This document shows positions 60,174 through 64,000 of a DNA stretch of 64,000 nucleotides, one piece after another. The notes under the pieces were generated by a model. The model saw nothing but the letters and a program-made list of their open reading frames with translations, did no database searches and had not been told where the DNA came from. Numbering within the stretch: the first letter of the stretch is position 1; each line of letters begins with the position of its first letter. Both the position numbers and the translations under genes were made by a program. Source of the DNA: Gemmatimonadales bacterium (GTDB taxonomy: Bacteria; Gemmatimonadota; Gemmatimonadetes; Gemmatimonadales; GWC2-71-9); NCBI GenBank assembly GCA_965249575.1, contig OZ252244.1:32001-96000 (forward strand). The letters are read 5' to 3'.

Positions 60174-60527
60174 ATGAGCCAAGTAGAACAGGACCGTCGT
60201 GTGGACTACATCGAGTTCCAGGCCACAAGCATCGAGGAGACCAAAGAATTCTACGTAGAGGTGTTCGGGTGGGAGTTCACTGACTATGGCCCTGAGTACA
60301 CGAGCTTCACTGACGGTCGCTTATCCGGCGGCTTCAGTGCCGCGCAGACCGTGTCCGCGGGTGGCCCGTTAGTCGTGCTCTATTCCACAAACTTGGCGGA
60401 GATCCAATCCCGAGTCACTGAGAGTGGCGGACGGATCGTCCGAGAGACATTCGAGTTCCCGGGTGGAAGACGCTTTCACTTCACCGATCCCAGTGGCAAT
60501 GAGTTGGCGGTCTGGTCAGATCAATGA
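60174..60527 (+). CDS. VOC/glyoxalase family protein
   Basis: VDYIEF, FY-x2-VFGWEFTDYGPEY, FPGGRRFHFTDPSGNELAVWS. Confidence 0.9.
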   Translation: MSQVEQDRRVDYIEFQATSIEETKEFYVEVFGWEFTDYGPEYTSFTDGRLSGGFSAAQTVSAGGPLVVLYSTNLAEIQSRVTESGGRIVRETFEFPGGRRFHFTDPSGNELAVWSDQ

Positions 60528-60550
60528 TCTCTGACTGACTGCCCCGTCTG

Positions 60551-60664
60551 GCCGAAACGCCAGCGGCGACGCAGGTCCGACCTATCCGTGGAGACCTCGC
60601 GGGTTTCAGCTTCTCCCTTTTCCAAGAGGTCGCCATGCAACCCAGAGTGGCATCGGCGTTCGGC
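60551..60664 (+). other. Degenerate attC-like imperfect palindrome
   Basis: GCCGAAACGCC ... GGCGTTCGGC ends, inner GACCTC/GAGGTC; 114 bp, intergenic. Confidence 0.35.
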
Positions 60665-60687
60665 AGCGCCATCGTCTAACCGTCGGA

Positions 60688-61215
60688 GTGACGCTAGCGC
60701 TAGGGTTGTCGCTTTCCACCGCGTGCCCGAAGGTCGGCGCTCGTGCGATCCGGCAACATCATACGCACGCCTGGGCCGTGGGCGGTGAAACGCAGCTGGA
60801 CGTCGAGGGGCTCGGCAACGGCGCGGAATTCGACCGGGCGCCAGGGCCCTACGTGCGAACGGGAACTGGGCCCGGCAGTTTCGTACTGGTTCCCAGCGTC
60901 GAAGTAGGCCGGGGGAGCAACCAGTTCGAGACCTACGTCACGTTGCGTGCGAGCGGCGAAGCCCGATACCACATTCCGGTCGACGACAAGGGCATGTTCG
61001 AGGTGTATCCTCTGGCCGGCGTCACCGTCTACCGCTGGAGGGACACAGATTGTCCAGCAGCCGGAACGTTTGCTTGCAACGAAACGAACCCCGGGTTGCT
61101 AGTGGGCGGCGGGATCGAGATCAACAACCGGGTCGGTTTCAACGCGTCCGTCAGCGCCGTAGGAAACGACATTCCCGATGCGTTTTTCGTATTGAGTGTG
61201 CTGTTCGGTCAATAA
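60688..61215 (+). CDS. Outer-membrane beta-barrel-like protein (start uncertain)
   Basis: Alternating beta-strand pattern, VYPLAG, GLLVGGG, aromatic residue near the C-terminus. Confidence 0.5.
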   Translation: MTLALGLSLSTACPKVGARAIRQHHTHAWAVGGETQLDVEGLGNGAEFDRAPGPYVRTGTGPGSFVLVPSVEVGRGSNQFETYVTLRASGEARYHIPVDDKGMFEVYPLAGVTVYRWRDTDCPAAGTFACNETNPGLLVGGGIEINNRVGFNASVSAVGNDIPDAFFVLSVLFGQ

Positions 61216-61541
61216 GGCAAGGCGACAGCGGCCGGTGAATCCCTGCCACGGCTGGAGGCATGTAGCCGCGCAGTAGTCGCCCCCGGGGCCGCGCACGAGG
61301 GACCGGAAAGAACACGGAATAGCCAACAAAGCGGTCGACCCCTAGCGATCACCCCGACCGAGGCGACCTCGCTCGCCTTGGTTGGGTCGCCGTGCGAAGT
61401 CGGAGCCAGAGCCAGCCACTCGCGACACCGATGAAGGGCGAGCTCACCAAGCCTATCCACCCGCGGCGAGGGTGGCTTCGGGGGTTCCTCGCCCACCGTC
61501 TTCCGTTAGCTTACTAGATCTTACCATTCACGAGGTGGCCC

Positions 61542-62480
61542 ATGAAAACGCCCTTGTTCGTCTCCATGTTCGCACTCGCAGGTGCCTTTGTTGCCCCACG
61601 AGCCGCCGTCGGGCAGGATCAGTTCATCATTGATGTCACGCACTGCACACTCGGCACGCAGGAAATTTTCAATGCCGTCGGCGAGGGGAACGATCCGGCG
61701 AGCATCGTGAACCTCAACAGAGAGCAGGCGTGCGCCGCCGGTGACCGCGAGCAATACGTCGCAAAGGTGAGGGGCCAAAAAGTTCTCATGGCGATGGAAG
61801 AGGGCAAGATGAGCGTGGACTACGGGAACTCGGACGATCCCAGGTTCACCATGTACGACCCCGTTAAAAACATCCACGCCACCTGGACCGGTAAGGAACT
61901 CGAGGCGCTGATGAACCAAATGATGGGTGGCGCACAAGCGGCCGCTGGTCAGAGAGGGGCGATGGCCGACGCGATACTGCGGGCGAGAGCCGCCATGGGT
62001 GGAGGGGGCGAGCAGGAGGTCGAGGGACTCTACGATGTCAATTCCCTGATCGATTGTGACGAAGAGGCGTTTGGTGCGCACCAGGGCGAGGTGGGCTTCG
62101 ATCGCGGCAACCCGAACCCGATGCAGAAGAATTGGAAGCTCATAGCGTGCGTGAGCAACAAGCACCCCAATGCATTGAGGACGTTCAGGGCCATGCAGGA
62201 GGCGACGAACCAGTTCGAAAGCATGGGCGGGGAAAAGGAGCCGATCGACCAGAAGGAAGATGAGCTCGCGGAAAAGGGTCTGCCGATCGACATCAGGAGG
62301 CTCACACAGAGCGGTGGATTCACGGCCGGACTCAACTACGACTTGAACTTCTTCCGGCTGGAAGAGGCATCGGTGTCGGCAAGCGACGTCAACGCGGCGC
62401 AGGGCACAGAGGTCCCACTACAGGAGTACCTGGCCTCCAAGATGAGCCACCCGGACATGATGGGCCGACCGGGTAGATAG
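61542..62480 (+). CDS. Exported hypothetical protein
   Basis: GAGGT RBS, signal peptide (AAVGQ), 312 aa open frame with typical codon use. Confidence 0.75.
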   Translation: MKTPLFVSMFALAGAFVAPRAAVGQDQFIIDVTHCTLGTQEIFNAVGEGNDPASIVNLNREQACAAGDREQYVAKVRGQKVLMAMEEGKMSVDYGNSDDPRFTMYDPVKNIHATWTGKELEALMNQMMGGAQAAAGQRGAMADAILRARAAMGGGGEQEVEGLYDVNSLIDCDEEAFGAHQGEVGFDRGNPNPMQKNWKLIACVSNKHPNALRTFRAMQEATNQFESMGGEKEPIDQKEDELAEKGLPIDIRRLTQSGGFTAGLNYDLNFFRLEEASVSASDVNAAQGTEVPLQEYLASKMSHPDMMGRPGR

Positions 62481-62562
62481 CGCAGCAGCGCCGGGCATGA
62501 ACGATGCACCGGCGCGCTCGACCGGAGCCATCGCACCAGCACTCGACGCACTCGGCCATGGG

Positions 62563-63902
62563 TTACGAGTGCTCCGTTCGGTGGCTCCGCAGATCCACCG
62601 CCGTCTTGAGCGCAATCAGCAACACCAGCGCGCCTACCGGCTGTCCGAGCAACATGATGATCCACCCACCGAAGATGATCGTCACGTGCATCACCATCAC
62701 GCGCTTGTAGGGCTCGGCCATCTGATGGTTCACGGTTCGGCCGACGTACTCCCTGCGTTTTAGGAAGTTGGTGTAGAACGAGACGCCGTGGCTGGTGAAG
62801 AGCCCGACCAACGCGGGCCAGAGCGGAAGAAACAGGTCGCCCAGGGCTTCCACGACGCCGGGCTCGGGACCGGTGGCCCCGATTCCTAGCACGAACAGGT
62901 AGTAGACGAACATGAAATGCCCTACCATGAACGCACCGTAGTGGGCCACGAAGAATGTCCCCGCGAAGACCACCATCCATCTAGCCACGACAGCCAGCCT
63001 GAGCAGCGTGTAGAACCCAATCACCGCGTTTTCGGCCCAAAAGAGGACCATGATCTCACCCAGGTCCCAGTCGAACAGGGCGATTCCGGCGAGTGGGAAA
63101 GCGTTGGCCGCGAGCAACGCCACGGAGGACGGAGCGGTGAGCACTGGGCGCGCCAAGGTACCGCCGCCAGACTCGGCGGGCTTGGCTGGCTGCGATGGCA
63201 CCACGTTCCGCAGGCGAGGCGTCGACCGGCGCCTGAGAAACCTCGTGATGTCGATGCCAGAGGATTCCTCTGCGGCACGCGGCAGAATCTTCGATCGTTC
63301 GATCGCCTGCGCTATCAACACGATGCGGGACTCGGCCTCGGCGAGCGGCATATCGTTCCCCAACCCGGTATCGCCCTCGCCGTAGCCGAACCGGATCCTC
63401 ACTCTGCCCGGCTCCTTGGCGTCCACCGTCCGGAGATTCCGGATTTTCCGGAGCTCGTATTCGGCGATCACCTTGATCGGGCCGAGCTGCGGGATGTAGA
63501 TAAGGCGGTCGGCGCTGAGCCGGGCCGACTCCCGATAGGTCAGCAGGAGTATCGTAATCACGAACAAAAACCCCACTCCAACCGACCAGCCCAACACCCA
63601 GAACGTGGTGAACAACGCCGTCACGAGATCGAAAACCGTCGCAACCGCGCGGAAATCGATCGACGCAACCTGTTGCACCGCGATACCGGCAAAGATCAGG
63701 AACATCACCCCGAAGACGATCCCGCCCGGCCACATTCTGCGGGACGGGAGAGGAAGCGGCGTGGTGTCCCTCGTGTCATAGGAGAAGCCGAGGCGAAGAC
63801 GATCCCGCCCGGCCACACTCTGCGGGACGGGAGAGGAAGCGGCGTGGTGTCCCTCGTGTCATAGGAGAAGCCGAGGCGCACCTGTTCTGGCAGAGCTTTC
63901 AT
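62563..63902 (-). pseudogene. DUF6498-like membrane protein interrupted by an 83 bp tandem duplication
   Basis: LFWAENAVIG, FFVAHYGAF, PYKRVMVMH; N-terminus MKALPEQVRLGFSYD at 63902 is out of frame because of the duplication. Confidence 0.7.
63711..63876. repeat. Direct tandem duplication, 2 x 83 bp
   Basis: 63711-63793 and 63794-63876 are identical except 63735 T vs 63818 C. Confidence 0.95.
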
Positions 63903-64000
63903 GCGTCGTCTTCCAGGAAGTCGTGCTCGAAGATAGGACGAAGAGTGTAGAGGTCCGAGCCACCAGCCGGGTATGGGGCATCGGCGGATCCGGAGGACTG

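Overview
High-GC bacterial chromosome segment; gene content and order suggest Gemmatimonadota (inference). It has three zones. (1) 1-27 kb is an intact housekeeping run, almost all on the minus strand: the full nuoA-N complex I operon, PMM/PGM, UPF0182, sucCD, a PTS-EIIA/CBS protein, ndk and yceD-rpmF-plsX-fabH-fabD-fabG-acpP, with dcd divergent. A sigma70 promoter and a Rex-type operator sit just before nuoA. (2) 28-48 kb is an amino acid/D-amino acid salvage neighbourhood: two-subunit aconitase X, a serine hydrolase/M15 D-Ala-D-Ala dipeptidase, a GNAT-NSAR/OSBS-M20 triad, an APC permease, an exported M55 D-aminopeptidase, and a polar amino acid ABC transporter with an embedded amidohydrolase-like gene. 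(3) 48-62.5 kb is a run of short, co-oriented, unrelated genes and gene fragments. Several spacers are attC-like imperfect palindromes, so this looks like a decaying integron cassette array with no integrase in the window (CALIN-like). Frameshifts, internal deletions and fusions occur only after about 30 kb. No rRNA, tRNA, CRISPR array or transposase was recognised. Product calls come from motif recognition, not database searches.
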